A DNA stretch of 34,782 nt from Octopus bimaculoides (taxonomy: Eukaryota): contig NC_068988.1 in NCBI RefSeq assembly GCF_001194135.2, positions 79,219,839 to 79,254,620 on the forward strand, written 5' to 3'. The notes beneath the pieces were generated by a model that saw nothing but the letters and a program-made list of their open reading frames with translations, was not told where the DNA came from and searched no databases. The position numbers and the translations under genes were made by a program. Shown here in pieces: positions 1 to 11,949 of the stretch (position 1 is its first letter; the number at the start of each line of letters is the position of its first letter).

Positions 1-486
1 ATATATATATTCTGTCACGAACAGTTCGTATGGAATCACATTTCTGTTCTCGTGAAGACTGTTCAGAAACCTTATCGTATCGTTTATTCCAGTATAAAAA
101 TTGCAGAAGTGAATGAGAAGACTTCAGGTCTTAAAAAAGATTATCAAGCTTAGAGATGCAATTTATTTTTTAAAATTCACCAACTATGAATAAGATCTTC
201 CGATTCATGAAGGCTACAAAATGAGTTAACAACAAAAATATTTCGCTTGTTTTGAACTTGGTTTTCCTTTCTTTGCATTTTCTTTCTTTTCTCTCCTAGT
301 ATATAAGGGATAGTATATACCACTCTTTATCATAATTTTCCAGTTTAACATGAACACTTCGTCAGCTTAAATAAATAATAAAGATTCGTACATGCATGTT
401 TAGGCATTTATGTATATATTCATATATACATATGCGCTCCTTCATATACAGACACTCAAATATATACACATATATATGCTTGTGAA

Positions 487-818
487 GGCGCATGGCTCAG
501 TGGTTAGAGTGTCGAGCTTACGATCGTGAGGTTGTGAGTTCCAATCCCGAACCGGGCTGCGTGCTATGTTCTTGAGCAAGACACTTTATTTCACGTTGCT
601 CCAGTTCACTCAGCTGTAGAAATGAGTTGCGACGTCACAGGTGCCAAGCTGTATCGGTCTTTGCCTTTCCCTTGGATAACACTGGTGGCGTGGAGAGGGG
701 AGGCCGGTATGCATGGGCGACTGCTGGTCTTCCATAAAACAACCTTTCCCGGACTTGTGCCTAGGAGGGTAACTTTCTAGGAGCAATCCCATGGTCAGTC
801 ATGACCGAAGAGGGTCTC
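487..818 (+). mobile_element. tRNA-derived SINE with CORE-like central segment
   Basis: Box A TGGCTCAGTGG (493-503) and box B-like GTTCCAATCCC (538-548), then CTTGAGCAAGACACTT resembling the CORE-SINE motif CCTTGGGCAAGTCACTT; GC-richer than its flanks. Confidence 0.8.
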
Positions 819-880
819 AGCATATGCTTACACACACGCGCGCGCACGTAAATAAATATGTATAAATAAGAGTGTGCATT

Positions 881-1758
881 TCCATCTATGTATCATACTA
901 AATGTACATACAGACTGTTAGAAGGTATAATGCTATGGAATTGTGTAAGATAAAATCTTCTCATAAAATTGTTTTAAAGGTACGATATATATCGGAGCAA
1001 GACGAACACGGAACTGCAGTGACGCGCGAAACTGATAGATACGTCTTAACTTTGTCGAAGCTTGTAAATATCGCATACCCGACTATCACCCTCTTAAACA
1101 AAATTCGTACTGTGATATAATAAGCAACAGTGAATAAAACAGCTATAAAAATATACTTGGTATACGCAGCTGAAATAGCATTGAATTAAAATCGCTACCT
1201 CTAAATCATATTAAATGTATAGAGGCGCTCCAAGGACATGATGCTGTGGAATTGCCTTAGATAAAATCTCTTCATAGACTTTTTTTTAGTTAAAAACACT
1301 TATGTATCGGAGTGAGACAAATATCGCAGTGACTTGCGATAATGACGGACGTGTTTTGCTTTCTTGAGACTTGTCAATGATGTGCACCCTACTGTCACTA
1401 GCTGATACAAAATTCGTGCCTCGATGCATACGAAACAGCGAATTCCTTGGTATTGTAGAAGTTTGCCAGGCTGTAGAAAATCTCAGCAACACCAGTGAAT
1501 GTTTAACCCACTGTTTCCTACATAAGGAAGCATACATTTCGTTGAAACAGGTAACAATCGACTGCACGGCAAAGACAAGTCTCAAGAAAGATGAAACGCA
1601 TTCGTCGTTCCCATGATTCACTGCAACGACGATGTTCATCTTGCTCCGATATATATTGTGCCTTTAGCACAAGTCTATGTAGAGATTTTATTTCAAACAA
1701 ATCCCGAGCATCATGCCTTCGAATGGTCTGCATATATTTAATATGATACACCGATGGC
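881..1758. repeat. Three diverged copies of a ~220-250 bp unit: two direct (~881-1130, ~1195-1430), one inverted (~1545-1758)
   Basis: Shared anchors by eye: ATCATA(C/T)TAAAT, (G/A)ATAAAATCT, TATCGGAG, GCAGTGA; CTTTCTTGAGACTTGTC in copies 2 and 3; CAAAATTCGT in copies 1 and 2. Confidence 0.75.
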
Positions 1759-1874
1759 AACAGTGTAACAACAGCAGTAGTTTACTATTGCTCGGTATTC
1801 CAGAATTTCCAATTTAACTGATTAATAGTTTAGTCTTTCTGTCTGACACTACGTGGAGCTAAGAACATTAGTAA

Positions 1875-2123
1875 AGTACTGCTGCTGCTGCAGCTGCTGC
1901 TGTTGCCACTGGTGCAACTGCTGCTGCTTCTGTTGTTGATGCTGTTGCTGCTGATACTGCTGAAGTTGTTTCATTTGTCGGCAATAACAATTGATTGTGT
2001 CTGTATATGTTTCTTTGCTTGATGTTCTATCGATCTGTTTTCTACGTCAATTTATTTGCCATTCTTTAACTCTGCTTCAGTCTGCCTGTCTGCCTGCTTG
2101 TCTCTCTGCCCGTTTGTCTGTCT

Positions 2124-2165
<42 letters not shown>

Positions 2166-2980
2166 CTCTTTCTCTTTCTTCACTTGCAGTATTAACACAC
2201 CCCTTTCCTACAAGCTACACCCACCCGCTTTTTGTTCTCATATTTAAATCCTTTTTGCTTTTAATCTCTAGCACTACGACTACCAACAACAACAACGATT
2301 ATAACAAAAATCAGTCTCTCGTAGTATCGTTATTACCACTACTGCTTTCACTAATAGCAACACTAGAATGACCACTGCCACTACTATTATCAATAATGAT
2401 TTTTTAAATATATATTTTAAGTATTCTTCCATTGTTTTCTCTTTTCCAATTTTCTTTTTAAGTTTTTCAATAGTTTCTTCCTATTATATTCTACATACCA
2501 GCACCAGCAGCCCCATTCTCTTCACCATCATCTCATCCGTTGTTGCCGCCGTCAGTACAACCAATATATGCGAACAACCACCTTACCATTCCACTACCAA
2601 AAACCCGCCCAACAACCAGCCCCATCCCCATTCATGATCATCTTCCTCCCCTATCTATGCCACCATCATCATTATCATCATCATCATCATAGCTTACCTC
2701 TCCTTCACCATTATCGCATCAGGCTCGATGACGCCATAATCATTATCGTCACACTACCACCACTGCCACAAATTACTACTCCCAAACTACCACAACCATT
2801 AACACTATCACAACTACTACCACCGTCACCACTGCCACAATAGTTCTACCCGCCATTACTGTCACCGATGCTACATCAAAAACTAAGGACTACTACTAAA
2901 AACAATATCACTGAATCTGTTTACAGCAAAATTATTATAATGCCATCGTAAATACACTACTACTGCTGTTGCTGCTGCTG

Positions 2981-3050
<70 letters not shown>

Positions 3051-3600
3051 GACTACTACTACTACTGTTAGCATTGTCAATATTACTACTATCAGTATAG
3101 CCAGTAAATATCGCTATCGCTATATCTTCCCACAATTAATATCACACACAAACTACCACTACTAACAAACACCATTACCATTACTGCCTTCAACACTGCT
3201 GCCATCATTACAACCCTCGCTACCATTATCATCAATTACAATAGTAATAACACCGTCACTTCCATCGTCATATTCCTATTTCCATCTCAAACGCCAATGC
3301 TCATGTCTGCTACTACCACCACCACCACCACCGTCATCACTATCACCATAACCAACGATATTTACTCCTGCGATATATGGCAAACACTGTAACACCGCTG
3401 TCAGCACAACAACCGTTAGTATAACCTCCATTCCACCAGTACTTCACTAATTCCATAAATGTTACTAACACCATAACAACTATCTTATCAACATCAACGT
3501 CACAGCTTCGATACAACGCATGCACCGTCAACAATACTTGCACCACGGCACCTATCGTGATTGCTGACACAACACCAACAACCATATCTCCCAATCACTC
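1875..3600. repeat. Low-complexity tract: (GCT)n, (CT)n, (CAT/CAC)n, (CTA)n
   Basis: Directly visible; pure (CT)n ~2126-2162 and (CTA)n ~2982-3066. Confidence 0.95.
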
Positions 3601-3605
3601 TAGAT

Positions 3606-3949
3606 GAGTGGTTCTCAAACAGAACGTCGCTGATTTTTAAAACTCATAAGTTATGATTTCAGTGAATTCACGTTTATGTTCAATCATCTTAAAGAACTAT
3701 TATTTATTAATTTTATTGTTTGCGAAGATGAATAATGAAATGGAGCAAACAATCGTTTTCTACATTTTTCTGAATTTTGAACTTTAAGCAGTGATATTCT
3801 TTTTTAAAAAGTGTCCATTCGAATTGGCCCAGTACTTGTTTATTTAACTCAAGAATGTTGAGAAGCACTGAACTATAAAAAGAAATACACAAAAAAATAT
3901 CAGCTACGACATTATTTCTAAAATGCTGGGATTGGATGTTCGGCTCCAT
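3606..3949 (-). mobile_element. Possible hAT (Charlie-like) DNA transposon relic, 3' end
   Basis: GAGTGGTTCTCAAAC at 3606-3620 resembles Charlie-type TIRs (CAGTGGTTCTCAAAC). The minus ORF segment LNILELNKQVLGQ...KNVENDCLLHF weakly recalls the hAT motif LNELNLxLQG...HFPTL. Confidence 0.35.
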
Positions 3950-4844
3950 TTATAAGTGCAAGGGAACAACAGCTGTCGTTTTCCAACAAATTTAAACTTA
4001 CCAACGTGCGTTACAGTCACCAGCAGAATTTAATGACGTTTAGGAGTGATTTGAAAGGCATTTGAAAATATGCTCAGAGTAGACAGCAAAGAGACTCCAA
4101 CATAAGCTCTCGAGGATGTCTCCATATAATTGCTCAACCATCTGGACTAACAGCAAACTTTCCACCAATTACCCCTTACTATCTTGAAAAATGACATTCT
4201 GTATAATGTTAAAAAAAGAAATGGAAAGGTCACAACTGAAATGCATTGGTTTTCTTGAAGAAGGCCGTGAAGTCTAAATAACAGCAATACCTATCATAAG
4301 CAATATCATTATACCCACTCCTCTGCAACAACCAACACATTGCACATAAATCCACCCTAACTTCAGACTATTTTATCAGTGTGGCATCTTACAGTAGTTT
4401 TACTTCCTCCGCCTCTCTCTCTCACTCTCTCTTTCTATCTAACTCCATCCGTTTATTTTTAATATCTACCTCTCATTTTTTCTTTCTCCTTCTTCCATCT
4501 CGCGTTTCTTTTCTCTCACCTTTTCTACCTCTGTTTTTCTCTCGCTCTCTTTTTCCAAGTCTCACCCTTTCGTCTCTATTTTGTCTGTAGGGAAGTCTTT
4601 TTACCACCATTTTGGTGGGAGGAAGGCCGAACCATTATCTGCTCATCCCTGCTACTCATCACTAGCACACCTACAGATGTAGGCACAGACGCACAGTTTG
4701 TACCAGCTTTCTTCCCAACCATTAAGTAAACCGTCTCCCCACTCCATACTTGAAAAATTACTGGTCAGCATATGCATAACGAGAAAGTCCCGTCAACACG
4801 TTTGCTATGAGAAGAAACAAATGAAGCACAATAAAAAATAAACA

Positions 4845-4975
4845 CGTACACATACACACACGCACACAAACACACACAGTGTCACAGACACAGGCACAAG
4901 CACATATACATATTCATACACACACACACACATACATACACACACATACACACACACACACACACACATACACGC

Positions 4976-5007
<32 letters not shown>

Positions 5008-5026
5008 GCAAAAATGTGTGTGTGTG

Positions 5027-5058
<32 letters not shown>
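4845..5058. repeat. (CA)n / (TA)n / (TG)n compound microsatellite
   Basis: Directly visible. Confidence 0.95.
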
Positions 5059-5758
5059 ATTGTAACAGAATAAATAAGGCAATGATATGATACTAAATAA
5101 GTGATTATCAGAACAAGTATTGAAAATCGCGAGATAAATAATCAACAGAATATCTAAATAACTAAATCAATTACAGAATAACACGCTAATTAAACAAAGA
5201 AGACAATGAAAGTGAAACTAAATGGTTGACAGAATATCAGAACCAGATAATGAGGGAATGACAGAATGACTCAATAATTATCTGAATATGAAAATAAGCA
5301 AATAAATAAGAGAATTTCAGAATATCTGAATAAATAATAAGGAATGAAAATAGCAAAATCAATAAGGAAATACTAGAAAAATTGCTAAATAAGTGACAGC
5401 ATACCAGAATAACAAATACAAAATAATGTCCAATTACATCGTGAGAGATTTTAGTCATTTATTAATATACTAAAACTGTTAAATGCATCTTTCATATTTT
5501 TTGCATATTTTCGTCATTACTGAACCACACCCTGTTCGCTGAAACAGTTTAGCAGTGAAACTAGGTGATTGACCAGATCACAGAACGAGGAAAATATTGA
5601 CACCTCACAGGATAACTGAAATGTGAATATAACAGCTTTTGTGTGATTTTAAAGGGCTGAAATTATTTTTCCACTTTGTAATTACGTAAGTTTCAACATA
5701 GTCTCAGGTCGAAACAACTACAATTTTGAAATGAAAATATATATATACATATATATAT

Positions 5759-6363
5759 AATGAGAAGCAAGTTACGCAAGTCAATTTACACAGAATATTA
5801 AATACATTTAATAAAAAAATGTACATTTGTATGGATATAAAATAATCCGATTTACAGAATATAAATGATATCAGGTGTTAAATGGGTCGAGTTTTACGAG
5901 TCCAACAGCTATTTCTTGGGATGGGGGTCTGCAATAATGATAGTTACTTGGATCCATTAAGGGATAACACAGCCTCCGTCTTCAGGAGAGAATTTTACAT
6001 TTGAGAAGTTGACAGGCCGGAGGTTAAAGTTGGAATGATTTTGTGGAGAACGAAGTGTGTTAAGAAGGGGAGTTAGGAGTGTTTAAATAGAGAGTAGTGG
6101 GGGGAGAAGAAAACAGATTTCAAGGTTAGGGTTAATGATGAGCCTAATGATAGTAGTAGAGGTGGAAGGTGGGAGGAAGGGAAAAGGTTGGTTTAGGTAG
6201 TATGTGAGTGATCACCTTTGTGATAGCTTGTATGAAGAGTTAAAGGTTGAGATAGTGAAAAGGGCTTGTTATTAATTAGGGGGAAGACGGAGGCGGTGTT
6301 ATCCGATAATGGATCCAAGTAACTATCCTATAAACTATAAACCTTTTGCTTGGCTGAGTGCTA
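5759..6363 (-). repeat. Left inverted terminal repeat of the PLE
   Basis: AATGAGAAGCAAGTTA...GGCTGAGTGCTA pairs with TAGCACTCAGCC (9177) ...TAACTTGCTTCTCATT (9770). Confidence 0.9.
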
Positions 6364-6607
6364 TCTATAGATAACACTCATGGATAAGCAATTCTTGAGC
6401 TTGTCTACAAAAAATATCTTGATCCCACCATGTGATATATTCTTAGAACTCCTACTACGGCAGACTAATGATTTCAAAACTCAGATGAGGTGAAAGCTCA
6501 ACACTTTGACCTCAAACCTAATCATTCCAAACATTCTAATGAAAAGGACAGTTTCAACCTGAAGTCCCAGGAAAACCTACCCGCAAACCCTATATTGGTT
6601 AATTCCT

Positions 6608-8088
6608 GCTCAGGTCACCGACCTTGTGGACCTATTCCTGCTCTCCCAAATTGAATAATACATCCCCAACCTCTCCAGCAGACTATGCAGGGATGACGCA
6701 CTCCTTTCAGCACCTGGATTATCTCGGCCGTCAGTGGAATGCACCAAGAAATCCGTACACAAATTCTTTAAAAACTACAACCTAAGTATTTCATTCGAAA
6801 TTGACACTATGATGGCCAATTTCTTAGACGTTACTCTCGACTTAAACAGAAATCTATATCACCCTTTCCATAAACCCAACAAATCTTTACAATACATAAA
6901 CGTCCTCTCTAATCACCCTAAACTTATCCTTAGTAGCGTAGTCACTGGCGTATCTATCAGAATCTCTAAATTATCCGCTAACGAAGAAATTAATACTTAC
7001 GCCCCATTTTATAATCAGACCCTCCAAATAATCAGCTTCCGCGAAAAAATCTACTGTATCCCCAACACTATGCTTAAAATTAAACTAGCACATTTCTTCC
7101 TCAATACTAACCTTGAATCTACGGACACTATTTCCACTCTACACCAATCCAACAACTCCACAAAGAAATTCGACCGCACCACTTGTCACCCCGAGCCTAT
7201 AACAACTACAAGCCCCTCTCCCACTTCTGATCAGCCCACTACAACCACACACTCTAAACAATCTAAAGCCAAGAAACGTGAAATATTATGGTTTTACCAA
7301 ACTTCTCTCTCCAAGTTAAAACTCTACCTAAACTCTTCTTTAAAATTCTAAAATCTAATTTTCCACCACAGCATAAATACTATCCCGTCTTTAACAAATC
7401 ATCTGTGAAAATTTCTTATTCCACCACACCTAATTTAAGATCCATTATCGCCTGCTCGAACAAACGCAAACTCTAGCACCAGTCCTCTGAACACCTAAAC
7501 TCTCACACTGTACCCCAAGTTAGCTCACATACTAGCAATAAAACAATCCTTGATAACTCACCTCAGCTGACTAATACTAAACTCAAGCCAACGTCCCACA
7601 ATCCTACCTATGCGACAACAAATAACACATCCAATACAAATACAAATTACACTTTAGGTTTTCTCCCACTAACAACAAACCAGCCTGGCTCAACCTCACT
7701 AGTTGTAAACCCCAATCACGGAGCAGGTAGAAAAACTTGCAACTTTCACACCTCTAAGCTATGCCTCCTTGCAGGCTCCTCTCTGCGTAAAAATGTGATC
7801 TACAATTGCTGTGTTATAACACCCCGCTCCCACCAAGCAAAGATATATATCGGCGGCACCGTAGATTTCAAACGCCACTACTGTGCACACATGAACTCTT
7901 TCATTAATCCAAGCTCTAAACTATCTACCTCCTTAGGAACGTACATACACAACCTCAAATCGCAAAATATTCCATACAGCCTATCCTGGTCCTTAGTAAG
8001 TGAAGCTTCCCCATACAAAGCAAATGTTGGTAAGTGTAAGTTATGCCTAAAAGAATCGTTAACCATTCTTCGCCTCATTTCTCAATAG
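6608..8088 (+). pseudogene. Penelope-type reverse transcriptase C-terminal half and GIY-YIG endonuclease, disrupted
   Basis: AQVTDLVDLFLLSQIE* then CRDD at 6686-6697 (the catalytic YRDD position), NFLDVTLDL...KPN...SNHP, KISYSTTPNLRSII, and VIY...YIG...HMNSF...ST-L...CKLCLKE. Stops and frameshifts present. Confidence 0.9.
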
Positions 8089-8619
8089 ATTCTCTGATGT
8101 TATTTTTTTTTTTGTAAACACAGCTACTACTCAACTTTCACGCACTTCGCTAAATTTATATAATCCTATAATAAGTTTCCATACTCAAAAAACTTTAATC
8201 TAAAACAACCTTGCAATCTACTACTTAATAAATACTAACCCCCACATCTTATTCCTTCCCATACACATAGCTCAAATTTCTTCCAAATCTTCAAATCCAC
8301 CACTTCCCACTTTCCTGTTAGCCTTTCCTCAGCAACACACATCTCAAATTTCTTCCAAACCTTCAAATCAACCACCTCCATTTTCTTTTTAAAACCCCAT
8401 CTTCCCCAACCTTAAACAGTACTTAACAAAACACCACTCCTTTGAAAACTAGTCAATCTACCTCTACCCCCTTAGTGCCTACACATCTCTATTCAATTTC
8501 ATACTCATCCCTTTAACACAACAGCCACCTCCATTACCAACTCACTTCTTTTGTCCCACTAACAACTACTTTTGACCACCTCTTCACCACACACCTTAGC
8601 TATTGAACTATCAAATCAT

Positions 8620-9006
8620 TTGTTGTTGTTGGCACTCCGTCGCTTACAACGTCAAGGGTTCCTGTTGATCCGATCAACGGAACAGCCTGCTCATGAAATT
8701 AACGTGTAAGTGGCTGAGCACTCCACAGACACGTGTAACCTTAACGTAGTTCTCAGGGATATTCAGCGTGACACAGAGTGACAAGGCTGACCCTTTGAAT
8801 TACAGGCACAACAGAAACAGGAAGTAAGAGAGAGAGAAAGTTGTGGTGAAAGAGTACAGCAGGGTTCGCCACCATCCCGTGGCTGAGCCTCGTAGAGCTT
8901 TAGGTGTTTTCGCTCAATAAACACTCACAACGCCCGGTATGCGAATCGAAACCGCGATCCTATGACCGCGAGTCCGCTGCCCTAACCACTGGGCCATTGC
9001 GCCTCC
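8620..9006 (-). mobile_element. tRNA-derived SINE inserted in the PLE 3' region, with 13-bp TSD
   Basis: Minus strand GGAGGCGCAATGGCCCAGTGGTTAGGG (box A) ...GGTTTCGATTC (box B), (CAA)n tail; ACTATCAAATCAT at 8607-8619 and 9007-9019. Homologous to 19470-19817. Confidence 0.9.
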
Positions 9007-9176
9007 ACTATCAAATCATATAGAATAAATAACAAGCCATTTTCACTATCTAAACCTTTAACTCATAGAAACTATCACAAAGGTCATCACTCACATATTA
9101 CCTAAACCACACTCACCACTTTCTGCCCATCTTCCATCTCTACCACTATCACTAGACTCACTATCACTAGAATCAC

Positions 9177-9770
9177 TAGCACTCAGCCGAGCAAAAGGTA
9201 TATAGTTTATAGGATAGTTACTTGGATCCATTATCGGATAACACAGACTCTGTCTTCCCCCAATTAATAACAACTCCTTTTCACTATCTCAACCTTTAAC
9301 TCTATAGCCTTCATACAAACTATCTCAAAGGTCATCACTCACATACTACCTAAGCCACACTTTCCTCTTCCTCCCGCCTTCCATCTCTACTACTATCATT
9401 AGACTCATTATTAACCCTAACCTTGAAATCAATTTTCTCCCCTCACTACTCTCTAAACACTCCTAATTCCCCTTCGTTCTCCACAAAATCATTCCGTCTT
9501 TAACCTCCGGCCTGTCAACTTCTCAAATGTAAAATTCTCCAATGTAAAATTCTCTCCTGAAGACGGAGACTGTGTTATCCATTAATGGATCCAAGTAACT
9601 ATCATTATTGCGGACCACCAAGTCCCAGAAACAGCTGTTGGACTCGTAAAACTCGATTCATTTAACACCTGATAACACTTATATTCTGTAAGCTGGATTA
9701 TTTTATATCCATACACATTTATTTAATATTCTGCATAAATCAATTCAATTTGCCTAACTTGCTTCTCATT
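9177..9770 (+). repeat. Right terminal repeat of the PLE
   Basis: Reverse complement of 5759-6363. Confidence 0.9.
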
Positions 9771-9802
9771 ACATTTACTAACTTGCTTCTAATTACATTT
9801 AC

Positions 9803-10001
9803 TGTGTGTGAGTGTATGCATGTGTGTGTGTGTATGTGTGTATGCGTGTGTGTGTGTGTGTGTGTGTATGTGTGTGTGTGAGTTCTTTGAATCTTTTGAT
9901 CCCTACTAAGTATCTTCTATACGGAGAATCTCTGGATCTCGTCTGTAGACTCTCTAACTCTCGCCCTCTTTCTCTTTCTTTCTCTTTCTCTGTCTGTCTG
10001 A

Positions 10002-10095
<94 letters not shown>

Positions 10096-10102
10096 ATATA
10101 TA
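9803..10102. repeat. (TG)n, (CT)n and (TA)n microsatellites
   Basis: Directly visible. Confidence 0.95.
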
Positions 10103-10732
10103 TATATATATATAATCGCGAAGACAGCTATACGCAATATAAAACCAAAAAGGAAATATTCCACCTTTCTGCAGTCGATCACAATATAAGAAGCCATTTC
10201 TATACTGATATACTGACAGCCGGAAGAGCTCAAGCTTACTTTCTTGTACCAAAAATATCGTAATATTATCACGTATTTAATCTTGTAGGATGGTATTCTC
10301 TGAAAGCTACGTAAATCCCATCATATATAACTTACCGCCCATTTTCTTTCTCCAACAGGTTTTTTTGTCTCATTTACTTTTCCTGCGATGAGGTATGTAA
10401 ATCAAGAGTAGCATAAGGCAAAACAAAAGCTACTGCTGAAGTAGAAGGAACACATGATACCCCAGCAGAAGAGCCAAGTTGTACATTGATATTACAAGGT
10501 TACAAGGTAATGCACTTATTTCTGGGTGACAGGGAAACAATAAAGTCATGAGAAATTTACTGTTGGCTTGCTTCCCTACGGCCGTTAAAATATAACAGCT
10601 GTAAACTTGTTAGCATAATCAATTCCTAGGAGAAAGCATTATCGCATATAGTGTGATGATTGATTTACCAAACTAAACTTTGGTTACATTATTTACATTT
10701 GACGGATAGTTGTCCTCATCTTGTTTGTTGTT

Positions 10733-10778
10733 AACACAACGTTTCGGCTGATATAACCTCCAACCTCTATCAGGTCTC
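10733..10778 (-). ncRNA. Degenerate minimal type I hammerhead ribozyme motif
   Basis: Minus: GAGAC CUGAUAG A GGUUGG...UCAGCC GAAA CG UU GUGUU. The core is mutated (CUGAUAG instead of CUGAUGA); homologous to 14567-14612. Confidence 0.5.
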
Positions 10779-10809
10779 TTGAGGAAATTTCAGACCTGGG
10801 TATTTTCGA

Positions 10810-10867
<58 letters not shown>

Positions 10868-10870
<3 letters not shown>

Positions 10871-10944
10871 CAGGTCACTGCCTGAAATCGTTCTCGGAAT
10901 CTTGGCGTTAGTAGCCTGCGCTCTTAACCACTACGCCATATGCC
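10868..10944 (-). promoter_or_regulatory. tRNA-like head (Pol III type 2 promoter), left unit
   Basis: Minus: GGCATATGGCGTAGTGGTTAAGAGCGC... with box A TGGCGTAGTGG and degenerate box B GAGAACGATTTC; runs directly into (TAA)n. Confidence 0.65.
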
Positions 10945-10950
10945 CACGGA

Positions 10951-10992
10951 CATATGGCGTAGTGGTCAGGAGCGCGGGCTACTAACGCCAAG
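10951..10992 (+). promoter_or_regulatory. tRNA-like head, right unit (cut by assembly gap)
   Basis: CATATGGCGTAGTGGTCAGGAGCGCGGGCTACTAACGCCAAG; 39/42 identical to the reverse complement of 10901-10942. Confidence 0.65.
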
Positions 10993-11829
10993 NNNNNNNN
11001 NNNNNNNNNNNNNNNNNNNNNNNNNNNNNNNNNNNNNNNNNNNNNNNNNNNNNNNNNNNNNNNNNNNNNNNNNNNNNNNNNNNNNNNNNNNNNNNNNNNN
11101 NNNNNNNNNNNNNNNNNNNNNNNNNNNNNNNNNNNNNNNNNNNNNNNNNNNNNNNNNNNNNNNNNNNNNNNNNNNNNNNNNNNNNNNNNNNNNNNNNNNN
11201 NNNNNNNNNNNNNNNNNNNNNNNNNNNNNNNNNNNNNNNNNNNNNNNNNNNNNNNNNNNNNNNNNNNNNNNNNNNNNNNNNNNNNNNNNNNNNNNNNNNN
11301 NNNNNNNNNNNNNNNNNNNNNNNNNNNNNNNNNNNNNNNNNNNNNNNNNNNNNNNNNNNNNNNNNNNNNNNNNNNNNNNNNNNNNNNNNNNNNNNNNNNN
11401 NNNNNNNNNNNNNNNNNNNNNNNNNNNNNNNNNNNNNNNNNNNNNNNNNNNNNNNNNNNNNNNNNNNNNNNNNNNNNNNNNNNNNNNNNNNNNNNNNNNN
11501 NNNNNNNNNNNNNNNNNNNNNNNNNNNNNNNNNNNNNNNNNNNNNNNNNNNNNNNNNNNNNNNNNNNNNNNNNNNNNNNNNNNNNNNNNNNNNNNNNNNN
11601 NNNNNNNNNNNNNNNNNNNNNNNNNNNNNNNNNNNNNNNNNNNNNNNNNNNNNNNNNNNNNNNNNNNNNNNNNNNNNNNNNNNNNNNNNNNNNNNNNNNN
11701 NNNNNNNNNNNNNNNNNNNNNNNNNNNNNNNNNNNNNNNNNNNNNNNNNNNNNNNNNNNNNNNNNNNNNNNNNNNNNNNNNNNNNNNNNNNNNNNNNNNN
11801 NNNNNNNNNNNNNNNNNNNNNNNNNNNNN

Positions 11830-11860
11830 TGTACAAATGCAAAACAAAAGTCAAACATAA

Positions 11861-11946
<86 letters not shown>
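11830..11946 (+). mobile_element. 3' end and (TAA)n tail of an R4/Dong-type non-LTR element
   Basis: TGTACAAATGCAAAACAAAAGTCAAACATAAAA(TAA)n is identical to the 3' end at ~14455-14490. Confidence 0.75.

Positions 11947-11949
<3 letters not shown>

Larger units (their letters stand above)
5759..9802 (+). mobile_element. 5'-truncated Penelope-like retroelement with inverted terminal repeats (pLTR-like)
   Basis: 5759-6363 is the reverse complement of 9177-9770, with small indels. These enclose a decayed RT plus GIY-YIG frame. The right end carries a 24-bp tandem duplication (9755-9778, 9779-9802). Confidence 0.9.

Noticed and set aside
487-560. tRNA gene calls for SINE heads (also 8930-9006, 10868-10944, 19470-19545)
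   Set aside because: Box A/B are present but there is no acceptor stem closure, and each continues into a repeat body.
1991-5145. ORFs with poly-V/S/L/H-T/C-V runs
   Set aside because: Translations of microsatellites and low-complexity DNA; the same applies at 9799-10272, 16025-16417, 20430-20691 and similar sites.
9553-9602. CUGAAGA followed by a GGA/UCC stem in the PLE terminal repeat as a hammerhead
   Set aside because: No GAAA follows in any of the four copies (AUUA, CUUA or GAUA) and no stem I can be drawn; kept only as a nested repeat finding.
10340-10510. Possible host micro-exon (CAG acceptor 10356-10358, 34 nt, GTATGT donor at 10393) and a protein-like stretch KATAEVEGTHDTPAEEPSC
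   Set aside because: Splice-like signals arise often by chance in AT-rich DNA; no recognisable homology or partner exons. Needs RNA-seq.
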